In this document: piece after piece, positions 30,021 to 39,581 of the stretch | How positions within the stretch are numbered: the first letter of the stretch is position 1 | How the letters are laid out: each line of letters opens with the position of its first letter | DNA from: an uncultured virus (IMG/VR IMGVR_UViG_3300008107_000009) | Taxonomy: Duplodnaviria > Heunggongvirae > Uroviricota > Caudoviricetes | Strand: one strand, 5' to 3' | DNA length: 64,000 nt | Virus record (IMG/VR): IMGVR_UViG_3300008107_000009 | Notes under the pieces: model-generated | What the model saw: only the letters and a program-made list of their open reading frames with translations | The model's database searches: none | What the model was told of the DNA's origin: nothing | Made by a program: the position numbers and the translations under genes

Positions 30021-30795
30021 TACTCTTAGTTAACTTAACCACATCGGACGTAGAGAGCTGTTCGTAGCTTTCTGCAAGGGTAGCCATACACCCAGGACAG
30101 GAAGGAACTTTAGCATCTACCGCTGCTGCGAGTTGTTTTAAAAACATCCATAAAGGTTCCGCTAAAACTGCAGAATAAACAGGGGAATGACCAAGCTTTG
30201 TTGTTTTACCGTCTGCCCAAACTTCGTTGCTGCTTTGTTTAATTCTAGTTACTGCAGTGCTTTCTATTTCAGAATTTGCATACTCTGTAATTTTACCACC
30301 TCTAAATTCAAGGGTAGATGTTTGGCCAGCATGTGTTATTGTTATTGAATTATCATTAGAAATTACCACAGTTGACTCTTTTAAATCTATTACGAGTCCT
30401 TTAGCAACAGTGTAATATATTTTTAGCTGTTCTATTCCGTCATAGATTAGAGAATGAGCACCTTCATAAGATGCTTTTATTTCTTCTATTAAATCGGAAG
30501 ATAATTCTTGTACTGCTTTGTATTCGGGGGCATAGTAGTTCCCGTTATTGAATTGGACATGGACAACTGCACCTAATTTAGGTATACTAACCCTTCCAGA
30601 TCCACCATTGTCACCAAATGAAATATCAAATCTTTGGAACGCCCATGGTAGATCCGTATCTGCAACATCGTCAAATACTCCAAAAACCTTAACTTTACAT
30701 CTTGCCCTAAATTCCGGATCTTTGTTATCCACAACAACACCCAAGAAATGCTGGGCTCTTTCAATATTTGATTCTTGAATATTCTGTACAGACAT
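30010..30795 (-). CDS. gp5: Baseplate central spike (gp5/gpV-like OB fold plus short beta-helix, no lysozyme domain)
   Basis: FLGVVVDNKDPEFRARCKVKVFG...DLPWA...SIPKLGAVVHVQFNNGNYYAP matches the gp5 N-terminal OB fold. Confidence 0.85.
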   Translation of the reverse strand: MSVQNIQESNIERAQHFLGVVVDNKDPEFRARCKVKVFGVFDDVADTDLPWAFQRFDISFGDNGGSGRVSIPKLGAVVHVQFNNGNYYAPEYKAVQELSSDLIEEIKASYEGAHSLIYDGIEQLKIYYTVAKGLVIDLKESTVVISNDNSITITHAGQTSTLEFRGGKITEYANSEIESTAVTRIKQSSNEVWADGKTTKLGHSPVYSAVLAEPLWMFLKQLAAAVDAKVPSCPGCMATLAESYEQLSTSDVVKLTKSNEQ

Positions 30796-30834
30796 AAAAA
30801 GGGTTTTTTCTATTTATCTGAGTATATAAAAACC

Positions 30835-32964
30835 CTATTTGTAAACGTTTTCGTCTATACTTGGATAGTTTCTTTTTGGAAGTCCTAAATCTGATCCAGG
30901 AACATTATTGTATGTGTCAACACCGTCTAGATTCGGATAAACCCTCTCAGGTGCACCTAAATCAGAACCAGATACATTCGGATAGACATCATCATTGTTT
31001 CTAGCATAAGTTCTTTGGGGTAAACCTAAGTCTCTTCCGGGAACATCGTTATAAACATCTTTCTCTCCATCATTAGTTCTATAAACTCTTTCAGGTACTC
31101 CTAAATCATTCCCTGGTACCCCGGTATAGACGTCGTCATCTACTTTTTGATAAACTCTTTTGGGTAATCCAAGATCTAAACCTGGAGATTCTTTGTATAT
31201 GTCATCGTTTACTTTTTGATAAACCCTATCAGGAACCCCTAAATCTTGATTACTTAAATCTCCACCGGTGTTTCTGTATTCGTCATCCTTTATCGTAGGA
31301 TACATCCTAGTAGGCAAACCGAGATCTTTTCCCGGATTATCCGGATACACATCACCCCTTAGAATCTCACCTCTCCCTGGGGTTTCTCCAAACACGTTAT
31401 CTATAACCTGTCCAGGAGCGACCCTTGTGTTAGGATAAAGATCCTCTTTTATAGTTGGATACTGTCGTTCCTCCGGACCACCTAAACCTTTAGATTGCGG
31501 ACGATAATCTTGAAAAGGACTTTTTATGGTCTTGATCCCGTTTATCATATCAGGAAGTGAATTTAAGGATCTAACTGCATCACTTAATCTAAATCCGTAG
31601 GCATTTCCTAACTGAGCTCCGGTCACCAAAGGACTTACTTTTTGTTGAATAACCGAAGCAATAGAATTGTTTATGAAGTTATTAGCAAGTCTAGAAAAAA
31701 GGTTTGGATTATTGTCCAATGTTACTCCTTCCATTAGAATTTTAGATCCTAATAAATTCCAGCTATCCTGAATTAAAATAGGAGAAAGACTTGACTGGTT
31801 TTTAATTAAATCTGATAAAATATTATACTGTAATTTATACTCCTTAGCAGCTCCAACATGAATTTTAAATTTAGCATTCACAGCAGATTCATTTCTACTG
31901 TTTGTGAGCCTACTAAAAGCATAGGTTTCGTCAAAATTAAATTCGCATAAATCTAATTGATAAATTAAAACATAGGGTTGTAATCTTTCAAAGGATTTAA
32001 CCAAAGATTCTAAATCTCTCCTAGGATTTTCTGATTCTGTCGCACTATTTTTTAAAATTCCTGCAGATTGAGCAATTTGAGATATAGTTTGAGCTGCGCT
32101 TCTAACACCAGATAGATTAAAAGGATTTAGAACATCTGCAAGATTTCTCTGCAAATCCATTTGTCTAATCTCTGTTACTATTATCCACATTCTAAATTTT
32201 CTAAGATTCGCAGGTAGCATTTCCCTGTGATACTGAAAATCATATGTCGCTTTTCTATAGAGTTCAGCCATAGCATTAACTCTAAGATCTATTGAATCCA
32301 AACAATCAAAAGTTAAAACACCAGATCTTTGATCCCTTCCTGTACCACCCCCTATTTGTCTAGCTAGGGGAACTTTAAGAATTTGATCCAATCCGTCTAT
32401 TGATTGAATAAACCAAGGACTTTTTTCATTGATCGAGGTTAGAATATTTCTAAATCCTGATAACGAGTCAGCTCTGTGGGAAACTGTTCCTGATGAAAGT
32501 TGGGATGAATCAAAAGGAATCTCTTTTCCAGTGTTGTCAGTAAAAGGACCATTTAAACCATTTTCTGCTGCACTTCTTCTTTCTCTTAAAAAAGCTTCCG
32601 CGGTCATATAATGAAGTCTTTCAGTGTAGTTTGGAAAAGGCATCATTTTATTTCTAGAAAGATGGAAAAAATCTACAGGGGAATCTAGCTTCATACCTCT
32701 AGGTCCTCCGGGGCTAACCTGGAGACTTCCTTTAGACAATAAAGGACTCACGGGTAAAAATGTTTCTGGATCAACTAATCCTCCATATCCCATATCAAAC
32801 ATAAGTCTAAATCCAGTATAAGTTGGATCCTCCTTTTGCCCTGACGTAGTTGTTTTTAACCCACTTAAAAACTGGGTTCTCATTTTGTCTACGCCTCTAT
32901 TTAGGATATCCGAAGAATTACCTATCGATGTAGCATTATCTTTTATATCGCTTAAAAAGGCCAT
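30835..32964 (-). CDS. Putative baseplate/tail-tube associated protein, 709 aa, with C-terminal ~23-aa tandem repeats
   Basis: Lies between the hub-like and gp5 genes; repeats are visible in the translation. Confidence 0.55.
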   Translation of the reverse strand: MAFLSDIKDNATSIGNSSDILNRGVDKMRTQFLSGLKTTTSGQKEDPTYTGFRLMFDMGYGGLVDPETFLPVSPLLSKGSLQVSPGGPRGMKLDSPVDFFHLSRNKMMPFPNYTERLHYMTAEAFLRERRSAAENGLNGPFTDNTGKEIPFDSSQLSSGTVSHRADSLSGFRNILTSINEKSPWFIQSIDGLDQILKVPLARQIGGGTGRDQRSGVLTFDCLDSIDLRVNAMAELYRKATYDFQYHREMLPANLRKFRMWIIVTEIRQMDLQRNLADVLNPFNLSGVRSAAQTISQIAQSAGILKNSATESENPRRDLESLVKSFERLQPYVLIYQLDLCEFNFDETYAFSRLTNSRNESAVNAKFKIHVGAAKEYKLQYNILSDLIKNQSSLSPILIQDSWNLLGSKILMEGVTLDNNPNLFSRLANNFINNSIASVIQQKVSPLVTGAQLGNAYGFRLSDAVRSLNSLPDMINGIKTIKSPFQDYRPQSKGLGGPEERQYPTIKEDLYPNTRVAPGQVIDNVFGETPGRGEILRGDVYPDNPGKDLGLPTRMYPTIKDDEYRNTGGDLSNQDLGVPDRVYQKVNDDIYKESPGLDLGLPKRVYQKVDDDVYTGVPGNDLGVPERVYRTNDGEKDVYNDVPGRDLGLPQRTYARNNDDVYPNVSGSDLGAPERVYPNLDGVDTYNNVPGSDLGLPKRNYPSIDENVYK
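30838..31490 (-). repeat. Coding tandem repeat DVYxxxPGxDLG(L/V)PxRxY, 7 clear copies plus 1 degenerate
   Basis: GKDLGLPTRMY, NQDLGVPDRVY, GLDLGLPKRVY, GNDLGVPERVY, GRDLGLPQRTY, GSDLGAPERVY, GSDLGLPKRNY. Confidence 0.9.
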
Positions 32965-34490
32965 TACGTTTTAGATACTTTAGGTTCTGGGTCTGATCCT
33001 CTTCCGTCGTTTAATACCCATTCTCTCTTTCCTAGGATAAACGACTGCTTGATCCTACCCTCTATATACTCAATATACGATCCCATGACCATATAAACAC
33101 CACTTAGAAATTTATTGTCAACCTTTGCACCTGCTCGGAACTGGTCTGGATCTTTCTGTCCACCTCCTTTATACTCCTGAGAATTTACTGCTGCTTGTCT
33201 AGCACTAGCATGTACGATCTTAGTTGGTACATTCTGTCCTCTATAGACCCACGGAACATAAGAATGCATTTGGGTTTCCAGATAAACTTTAAAATTCTCA
33301 TATTTGTTTATCTTGTTTTGTATCTGAGCCTGTTGAATATTTTTATGCTGATTTTCTCCATATTGAGTTCCTATCCATGTTTTCTTGTTCTCCTTTTTAT
33401 AAACCTCTTCGTTTACCCTCCCTTTAAACAATATGCTACTAGGACCTAAATCTTTCTCGGTTACATATTCAACTTTATAGCTAACATACTTATTAATTGG
33501 TCTATCACTAACTAATTTTGTGTCGTAAAATTGAAGATCCCTGGAATATCCGAATCTACTCACAATATAACCAGATTCATTCTTAACAGAATAAGCGTTA
33601 ATAAAAAATGGATATTTTTTATAATAGAAATCATTGGTAAAGAAAAGCGGTAAATCGATTTCAGAGGGTTTTACATCACTAGTTAATCCTCCCGCTATTC
33701 CCCTCTCCGGTCCAATTGCAGTTAATATCTTTGTTTCGTCTTTACTTTTTTCTAGAAGTTGTTTTCTTAGATTGATAAAATTTAAAACATAATATTGATC
33801 TATCCACCAATCAAAAAAATCTTCTTCACCCTTCCATGAGCTATTAGCAACATCATCTATGAATTTATAAAAGGTTTTGTTAGGACAGATCCAACTCATC
33901 TTATCATCGGTTCCACTCTCGTTAGATGCAAATCCTAAACCTAGATCTTTGGCAACAGATCTTAGAACCTCAAAAGATGTCAGATCTTTGTAAGATTTGG
34001 ATTGGTGCTGATAAATTCCAGGAATTCTCATCTGAGCCTTTATAGTAAAAGTTGTGCTAGTAGCATTAGCTCTATTATCTTCACCGCCTATTTCGTCCTC
34101 TAGCATGGGAAAAGAGTTTATTACTTCAGTAACTAATAAATCCATTCTTATCGGTTTATAGAGTTCAGATGTTGATCTTATATAAAGACAAACAATATCT
34201 CCATCCTTAGGAAATGAAGTATAAAGAAATGTTTCATCCTCTGTTGTAAATCTGAATATTAGATCTGGAATTTTATTTGATAAATCCAGTCTGAAAAATT
34301 TTAAATTCTTTACAACATAAGAGTTTATTTTAATCAGGGGTAATCCGTATCCTATATCAATTTCTTCCCTACTTTGTGATGCATTTACACTTGAACTGTC
34401 CCCAGCATTCATCTCATCAACAACAGAAAGTTCGTCTAATACTATTGTTTCCTTTTCAAGCTGGAGAATTGTTTTTTTAGGATCTATCAT
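32964..34490 (-). CDS. Putative baseplate hub protein (gp27/gpD-like)
   Basis: SYKDLTSFEVLRSVAKDLGL...WICPNKTFYKFIDDVA...FFDWWID pattern resembles hub proteins; lies between the gp53-like and gp5-like genes. Confidence 0.55.
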   Translation of the reverse strand: MIDPKKTILQLEKETIVLDELSVVDEMNAGDSSSVNASQSREEIDIGYGLPLIKINSYVVKNLKFFRLDLSNKIPDLIFRFTTEDETFLYTSFPKDGDIVCLYIRSTSELYKPIRMDLLVTEVINSFPMLEDEIGGEDNRANATSTTFTIKAQMRIPGIYQHQSKSYKDLTSFEVLRSVAKDLGLGFASNESGTDDKMSWICPNKTFYKFIDDVANSSWKGEEDFFDWWIDQYYVLNFINLRKQLLEKSKDETKILTAIGPERGIAGGLTSDVKPSEIDLPLFFTNDFYYKKYPFFINAYSVKNESGYIVSRFGYSRDLQFYDTKLVSDRPINKYVSYKVEYVTEKDLGPSSILFKGRVNEEVYKKENKKTWIGTQYGENQHKNIQQAQIQNKINKYENFKVYLETQMHSYVPWVYRGQNVPTKIVHASARQAAVNSQEYKGGGQKDPDQFRAGAKVDNKFLSGVYMVMGSYIEYIEGRIKQSFILGKREWVLNDGRGSDPEPKVSKT

Positions 34491-35074
34491 GTTTCAAAAA
34501 TTTGTCTTTGAGCAAATCTTGATTTTATTGTTGCAACAGATTTATTCTGCTGAATTTTTGTTCTACATACTCCAATATCAGATCCGAATATTAATTTTCC
34601 GTCTAGTACTTTAAATTGTTCGTCTCCATCTTTTACTACGTTGGGAGGTAGTATGGTAGAAGCACTGATATCTACTGAATTTAAATACTCTTTTCTTTGA
34701 TCAGAAACCTTGGATATTCTTTCTTGTAATTGTTTTCTAAAGGATTTTCTAGCTTCCGAAGCATCAGCCTCTATTGGTTTAGCAATAATATTGCTCATCG
34801 TTTCAGAATCTGGAATATAAAGTATGTCTCCCTCATCTAGGGAAAAAGGATTGGAAATAGAATTTATCTTTAAAAGACTTCCTACCTTGTTCTGTGATCC
34901 ACAATACATATGAGCAATTAGATCTGGCCTCATAGTCATTTCCCTGGTAACTAGAATAACTCTAGAATATCCAGGGATAGTGTCACTGTTAATTGACTTA
35001 TAAGTAAAATCTACTATTTCTTCACCTCTAACTAGTTTAACTGGTTTATTTTCTAAGGTGTCTATTGTTATCAT
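34487..35074 (-). CDS. gp53: LysM-like baseplate wedge protein (gp53-like)
   Basis: MRPDLIAHMYCGS...LLKINSISNPFSLDEGDILYIP. Confidence 0.75.
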   Translation of the reverse strand: MITIDTLENKPVKLVRGEEIVDFTYKSINSDTIPGYSRVILVTREMTMRPDLIAHMYCGSQNKVGSLLKINSISNPFSLDEGDILYIPDSETMSNIIAKPIEADASEARKSFRKQLQERISKVSDQRKEYLNSVDISASTILPPNVVKDGDEQFKVLDGKLIFGSDIGVCRTKIQQNKSVATIKSRFAQRQIFET

Positions 35075-35088
35075 ATCATTCCATTATA

Positions 35089-36933
35089 TCAAGACGCAAA
35101 TGCTGCAGATGAATCTCTAGAATCTCCCGTTGGTGTGTTAATATCCAGTCCGCTTTTTGCACCTATCTGTGCTCCTTTAGAAGCGTCAGAAATTTCAAAT
35201 TTACCAAGATAAAGTCTTCCGTTTCCTCTGTTAAACATACTTTCAAAATCACCCCTATGTTTTTGTCTAGCAGATTTCATAGAATATTCAGCAGTTAACT
35301 CTGTAGGAAAATCATCAGGTCCTAAAACATTATTAAGGCGTATCTTTACGGTATCGCAGATCATGTTACCCATCATAGCAATAGGATTGAGTGGATTTCC
35401 TACTGTTACGTGCCATTCACCGGTGGGATATCCAGAAAGCATAATGGGTTCATAATACAATTGATTTATCAGGTCACTAGTAAGCATAGCTGTTAGGGTC
35501 TTATAAATTTTCCCATCCTTACTTAATGGTGTTCCTTTTTTTATTCCTTCCAACTCTTCCTTTGCTTTTTCAACGTCACCTTTTAAACTTTCTATTTTGG
35601 ATTTAACCTCTGCACTAAAATTGAGTTTCAGCATCGAATTTATAAATTCAACAGGATGTGTTAGGTGCTGAATATAACCTTTGTTACCCATAGGAAATCC
35701 TAGCCCCTGTCTATTAGAATTAACTAAAAGCTGCGGTGTTAAAAATTTTCCATAATCCGTTCCAAGTGCTAATAAATTAGCAAATAAATCTAAAAATAAC
35801 ATTCTGCTGTTTACTTCACCTACACTAGTTAAACTGTAAGTAAACTTAAGTGTGAAAGATTGCTCTCCTCCTGAAAGTCCAACATCTCTTACCCACATTT
35901 TATTAACTGTGTTAACGTCGACAAAAATCTTTCTACTTAGTGGACCATCACCAGATGTTAATTTATCGAATAATTGTCTTCTTAATTGGAGTTCTTGGTT
36001 ATCTGGATCTGTAAAAGTTCCAAGCAAATTACTAATTCCTCTGAGATTATCATTTGCTTCAGTGGAAAGAATCCCTTCAATATATTTTCCTAAAGTGCTA
36101 TTTAATAATCCTCTATCATTTCCCTGAAGATCTACTCTTGATTTCTGTTGCGGTTGATCCCATTTTAAACCCGTGTCTATTCCTAATATTGTTTCAAGAT
36201 TATTTCCGGTATCTGTTCCAAAAAAAGTAACAGCCTGTGCCATAGGAAGTGCTGCTCCTTCTCTTATCATTTGACTTGGTGTGATTCCTTCCCCATCTAC
36301 AAAACTTCCTTTTACCCTTCCTCCCTCGTCGGTTAACTGGGCTCTTTTACCAGGAGTAGGTACCCTTAAGTTGTCCATTACTGGAGTTGGAAATCTTCTC
36401 AGAGTTATCATTCTATTATTAGGGATTACCCCATAATGCTTACAGAATATAAAATCTTTCACGTTGAAAGGCTGAGAAACATACTTACTACTTGGATTAA
36501 GGTAATTTCCGCTTGCTGTGGTTTCCTTAATGATCGCATGGGCAGTAGGATTTCTAGAAATCTCCGGGGTGATGGATTGATTCATCTCGTAGGTTTCAGA
36601 TTTAATATATGTAATCTTTGCCCCACCCTTAGACATTCTACTGTCTCCTATCACATGGTAATTAAAAAGTCCACTTCTACCATCCTCTGAAGATTGCGCC
36701 TCGTAAAACAGAGAACTAGGAAGTGTAGAGACAGCATCATTAACATTCTCAAAAACTCCATACTCTTGATCCGAATTAAAAGAGTATATTGATTTTTCAA
36801 GATACGAGGATCTATCAATCATCGAATCCTGGAATTTCTTGTTACTTCCAACAATCGGGGGATTGTCAGCAAGCTGTGAGGAGGTATTTCTTAAATTAGA
36901 TACATTATCCTTTGTGTGATTGGACATATACAA
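35089..36933 (-). CDS. Putative baseplate-tube junction protein (gp48/gp54-like), ~612 aa; start may be ATG at 36927
   Basis: First gene of the baseplate operon; C-terminal MGNMICDTVKI...DDFPTELTAEYSM resembles tube-initiator folds. The ORF is solid, the function tentative. Confidence 0.45.
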   Translation of the reverse strand: MYMSNHTKDNVSNLRNTSSQLADNPPIVGSNKKFQDSMIDRSSYLEKSIYSFNSDQEYGVFENVNDAVSTLPSSLFYEAQSSEDGRSGLFNYHVIGDSRMSKGGAKITYIKSETYEMNQSITPEISRNPTAHAIIKETTASGNYLNPSSKYVSQPFNVKDFIFCKHYGVIPNNRMITLRRFPTPVMDNLRVPTPGKRAQLTDEGGRVKGSFVDGEGITPSQMIREGAALPMAQAVTFFGTDTGNNLETILGIDTGLKWDQPQQKSRVDLQGNDRGLLNSTLGKYIEGILSTEANDNLRGISNLLGTFTDPDNQELQLRRQLFDKLTSGDGPLSRKIFVDVNTVNKMWVRDVGLSGGEQSFTLKFTYSLTSVGEVNSRMLFLDLFANLLALGTDYGKFLTPQLLVNSNRQGLGFPMGNKGYIQHLTHPVEFINSMLKLNFSAEVKSKIESLKGDVEKAKEELEGIKKGTPLSKDGKIYKTLTAMLTSDLINQLYYEPIMLSGYPTGEWHVTVGNPLNPIAMMGNMICDTVKIRLNNVLGPDDFPTELTAEYSMKSARQKHRGDFESMFNRGNGRLYLGKFEISDASKGAQIGAKSGLDINTPTGDSRDSSAAFAS

Positions 36934-36949
36934 TACATTATCTTAACAT

Positions 36950-36957
36950 TATATATT
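36950..36957 (-). promoter_or_regulatory. Putative late promoter AATATATA
   Basis: Intergenic, upstream of the baseplate operon. Confidence 0.55.
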
Positions 36958-36983
36958 CCAATAAAAGAGACGTGAACAATTTG

Positions 36984-37325
36984 CTATGGATACAGCTCTA
37001 TAGAAACCGGGCCAATTTCCGATTCTCTAAGTACTTCTTTAAACGATTTAGCTGAAGATTTACTAGGATCCTTTATAATTACAAAAATTTTAGAGGTATT
37101 AGCCCCCTTTAAGGATTCAATTTTTTTTACCACCATTTGATTTAGAATCCAATTTTGGATGTCATTCAGGTCCTTATCACCTCCAAAATTTTCCGTGATT
37201 ATTTTAGTCACATCAATATAGGGTACCTTCTCTACGTCTGACAGATTCTTTTTGATTTCTCGGTAGGAGAGGGAGGTTAAATATATCTTGAGGGGATCCT
37301 TTTTAGGCTTGAGGAGTTTCTCCAC
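36984..37325 (-). CDS. Hypothetical protein, 113 aa
   Basis: ORF in operon orientation filling the gap. Confidence 0.65.
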   Translation of the reverse strand: MEKLLKPKKDPLKIYLTSLSYREIKKNLSDVEKVPYIDVTKIITENFGGDKDLNDIQNWILNQMVVKKIESLKGANTSKIFVIIKDPSKSSAKSFKEVLRESEIGPVSIELYP

Positions 37326-37584
37326 TTATAATTTTTTTCAGTTCGTCCTTTTCCCATTCTTGGGTTTGTTGGATAGGAGGGTTTACTTCTAAATTGGTTT
37401 CAATGTTTTCTTCTAAATTGATCCTAGAATTTTCTTGATTTTGTAGGTGTTGAAGATGAATCATTTTTCCATATTCTTGAGATCTTCCGAATCTCTCTAC
37501 CATTTCTTTAAATGATTCTTTTTTCTTTTTTAATCCTAATTTTTTTGCTAGCGCTTTTCTTTCTTTTCTAGAAGGTAAATACAT
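37303..37584 (-). CDS. Hypothetical protein, 93 aa, basic N-terminus
   Basis: ATG 1 nt after the Nudix stop. Confidence 0.7.
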   Translation of the reverse strand: MYLPSRKERKALAKKLGLKKKKESFKEMVERFGRSQEYGKMIHLQHLQNQENSRINLEENIETNLEVNPPIQQTQEWEKDELKKIISGETPQA

Positions 37585-37585
37585 A

Positions 37586-38104
37586 TTAAATTAGTTTGTT
37601 TTGAAATATTTTTAAAAATAAACAGGAAACTAGAGCATCATCCAGATTAATAGCATCACTAAGATTAACTAATGAAAACTTGGAATTCTCTTCATTTTTA
37701 GATCCGTCCCCAGATTTTTGTCCTCTTTCCATCCCAGTTACATCTACACCAAATGCAGGATTACCATTGATTACAATTTTTGAGGTCTTAATGTTCCCAA
37801 GATATTCCCATTTTTCTATATCATTAATCTCGTATCCAGCTTCTTCCTTCAATTCCCTCTTAGCTGTTTCTAAAATATCCTCGTCAGAGTCTTCGGGGGA
37901 TCCTGTTATCACAGTTAGAGACATTCCTCCTTCCTTTAGGGAGTTAGGCTCTGAAATAAGTCCTAGTGATTTTGGGTTACCGGATTCATCAGTTGTATAT
38001 GGTAAAATAATAACGGAGGGATTTTTTTGCTGGATCCCAACCCTATTACCTATCTCGATAACCTCTATATGATCATTCTGGAGAAGAATCTTGGGTTCTG
38101 ACAT
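37586..38104 (-). CDS. Nudix hydrolase
   Basis: Nudix box GSPEDSDEDILETAKRELKEEAGY. Confidence 0.9.
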   Translation of the reverse strand: MSEPKILLQNDHIEVIEIGNRVGIQQKNPSVIILPYTTDESGNPKSLGLISEPNSLKEGGMSLTVITGSPEDSDEDILETAKRELKEEAGYEINDIEKWEYLGNIKTSKIVINGNPAFGVDVTGMERGQKSGDGSKNEENSKFSLVNLSDAINLDDALVSCLFLKIFQNKLI

Positions 38105-38723
38105 TTTTAGTTGGGATATTCTTTTGCTTTTTATATATATCTTTTATGGAATTTCTGAGGGATTGTCTCACTACCTCGATGTCTAAATCCTTTGTTACGT
38201 ATTCTAAGATGTCTTTTTCAGCATCATCAAAAGAAGAAACTAAGACATCCCATAAACTTTTTGGAGGCAGATTTATACTTAATTGGAGATCTACATCAAC
38301 CCAGTTTTCTTTCTGTTTAGATAAAAGAGAAAAAATAGGACTTTCATCTTGCTGAATCTTAGGTTCATATTTCGTATCCCTCGTTTTTACCCCCTTGTGA
38401 GTTAATGGGTCTTCTTGGAAAATTGGTAAATCCTGGGAAGGAGCACTGATCTCTTCAAATCCCTTATCCACTCTGATCATATATTCATCAAGTAGATCCA
38501 ATAGAATTCTGCTTTTATCGGTAAAAACTATATATTTTCTATCCCCTTCTTCAACTATATCTTGATAGTGCTGGACTTTAGAAAGTAGATCTCCTTTAAT
38601 CCATTGATAGGAAAATTGGCTATAATCTTCCTTTAGTTCGGGGGTTTCCTTTTCCGTCATGATGTTTATTATTTTTTTGAGCTTATTGAACATGGAGGCA
38701 TGATTCTTTACATTTCTCTGCAA
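38073..38723 (-). CDS. Hypothetical protein (true start possibly a downstream ATG, e.g. MTEKETPE)
   Basis: 216-aa ORF with a TTG start in the track; in-frame ATGs downstream. Confidence 0.65.
   Translation of the reverse strand: MQRNVKNHASMFNKLKKIINIMTEKETPELKEDYSQFSYQWIKGDLLSKVQHYQDIVEEGDRKYIVFTDKSRILLDLLDEYMIRVDKGFEEISAPSQDLPIFQEDPLTHKGVKTRDTKYEPKIQQDESPIFSLLSKQKENWVDVDLQLSINLPPKSLWDVLVSSFDDAEKDILEYVTKDLDIEVVRQSLRNSIKDIYKKQKNIPTKNVRTQDSSPE
38134..38141 (-). promoter_or_regulatory. Putative late promoter GATATATA
   Basis: 29 nt upstream of the Nudix ATG, inside the 3' end of the preceding gene. Confidence 0.45.
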
Positions 38724-38764
38724 TTAATTATAGACCAATCACCCGATTTGATTCCGACCCTGTG

Positions 38765-38772
38765 GATATATA
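38765..38772 (+). promoter_or_regulatory. Putative late promoter GATATATA (overlaps TATAAATA)
   Basis: 6 nt upstream of ATG 38779. Confidence 0.6.
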
Positions 38773-38778
38773 AATATT

Positions 38779-39354
38779 ATGAAGCTTCCTAAAAAATATT
38801 TGACAAAGAATCCCAATGTGATGAAGAAGGAAATCAAAAAACATGGGAAAAAAGCTGACGACGACTCTAGCGCATATCAGGAATGGGACGCTGATTATAA
38901 GTCAAGAAAAGCTGGAGTTGGTAAAAAGGTTGACACAAAGCCTAGTAAATATACAAGTAAATACAAGAAAATGTTTGGAGAAAGTAAGCTACTAAAAAAT
39001 TTCAACCAGTTTGATGAAGCTATGAACGAGGGGGAGGAATTATTTCTCGAGGCATTCATGGAATTAATCAACGAAAACGAGGATTTTATCAATGAATCCG
39101 TTGATAAGATTACAAGTCCGGTTCACAAGGCACTAAAGAACAAGTCCGACAAAACAGGATTTCCGTTAGGAATATTAAAGCAGGTCTGGAGAAAGGGTTA
39201 TGCAGCATGGAAAACCGGACACGTGCCTGGAACTACGCCTCAACAATGGGCAATGGCTAGAGTTAATTCTTTTGTAACGGGGGGTAAAACAACTAAAATG
39301 CATGACAAAAAGCTTTACCAAAGAGCTAAGGCAAATAGAAAGAAAAAGAAATAA
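38779..39354 (+). CDS. Basic protein, DUF5824-like, with an acidic central insert; putative head protein
   Basis: KTGFPLGILKQVWRKGYAAWKTGHVPGTTPQQWAMARVNSFVTGGKT recalled as a motif of a family also found in large algal viruses. Confidence 0.65.
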   Translation: MKLPKKYLTKNPNVMKKEIKKHGKKADDDSSAYQEWDADYKSRKAGVGKKVDTKPSKYTSKYKKMFGESKLLKNFNQFDEAMNEGEELFLEAFMELINENEDFINESVDKITSPVHKALKNKSDKTGFPLGILKQVWRKGYAAWKTGHVPGTTPQQWAMARVNSFVTGGKTTKMHDKKLYQRAKANRKKKK

Positions 39355-39356
39355 TA

Positions 39357-39581
39357 ATGGAAAAATACGGTTACAAAAATATATCTAACATGGACGAATT
39401 TTCCGAGGCTGCCAAAGCAGAGGGAAAATACGATTTTTCTTATAATTCAGGAAAGCATTTAAATAATCAGGGATTCATTAATTGGGGAGATCAAAATAAA
39501 TGGGGCTCACCAGGACAAACTAGCTATAAAATGAAGGATCTGGATCAGCTTCTTAAAGCTAATGAAATAGTATCTAAATAA
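39357..39581 (+). CDS. Hypothetical protein, 74 aa
   Basis: ATG 2 nt after the upstream stop; its stop abuts the gmd stop. Confidence 0.7.
   Translation: MEKYGYKNISNMDEFSEAAKAEGKYDFSYNSGKHLNNQGFINWGDQNKWGSPGQTSYKMKDLDQLLKANEIVSK

Noticed and set aside
37586..38104. Nudix gene as the GDP-mannose hydrolase (gmm) of the fucose cluster
   Set aside because: It has a canonical RELxEE Nudix box, is separated from gmd by two opposite-strand genes, and has its own promoter motif; substrate unknown.
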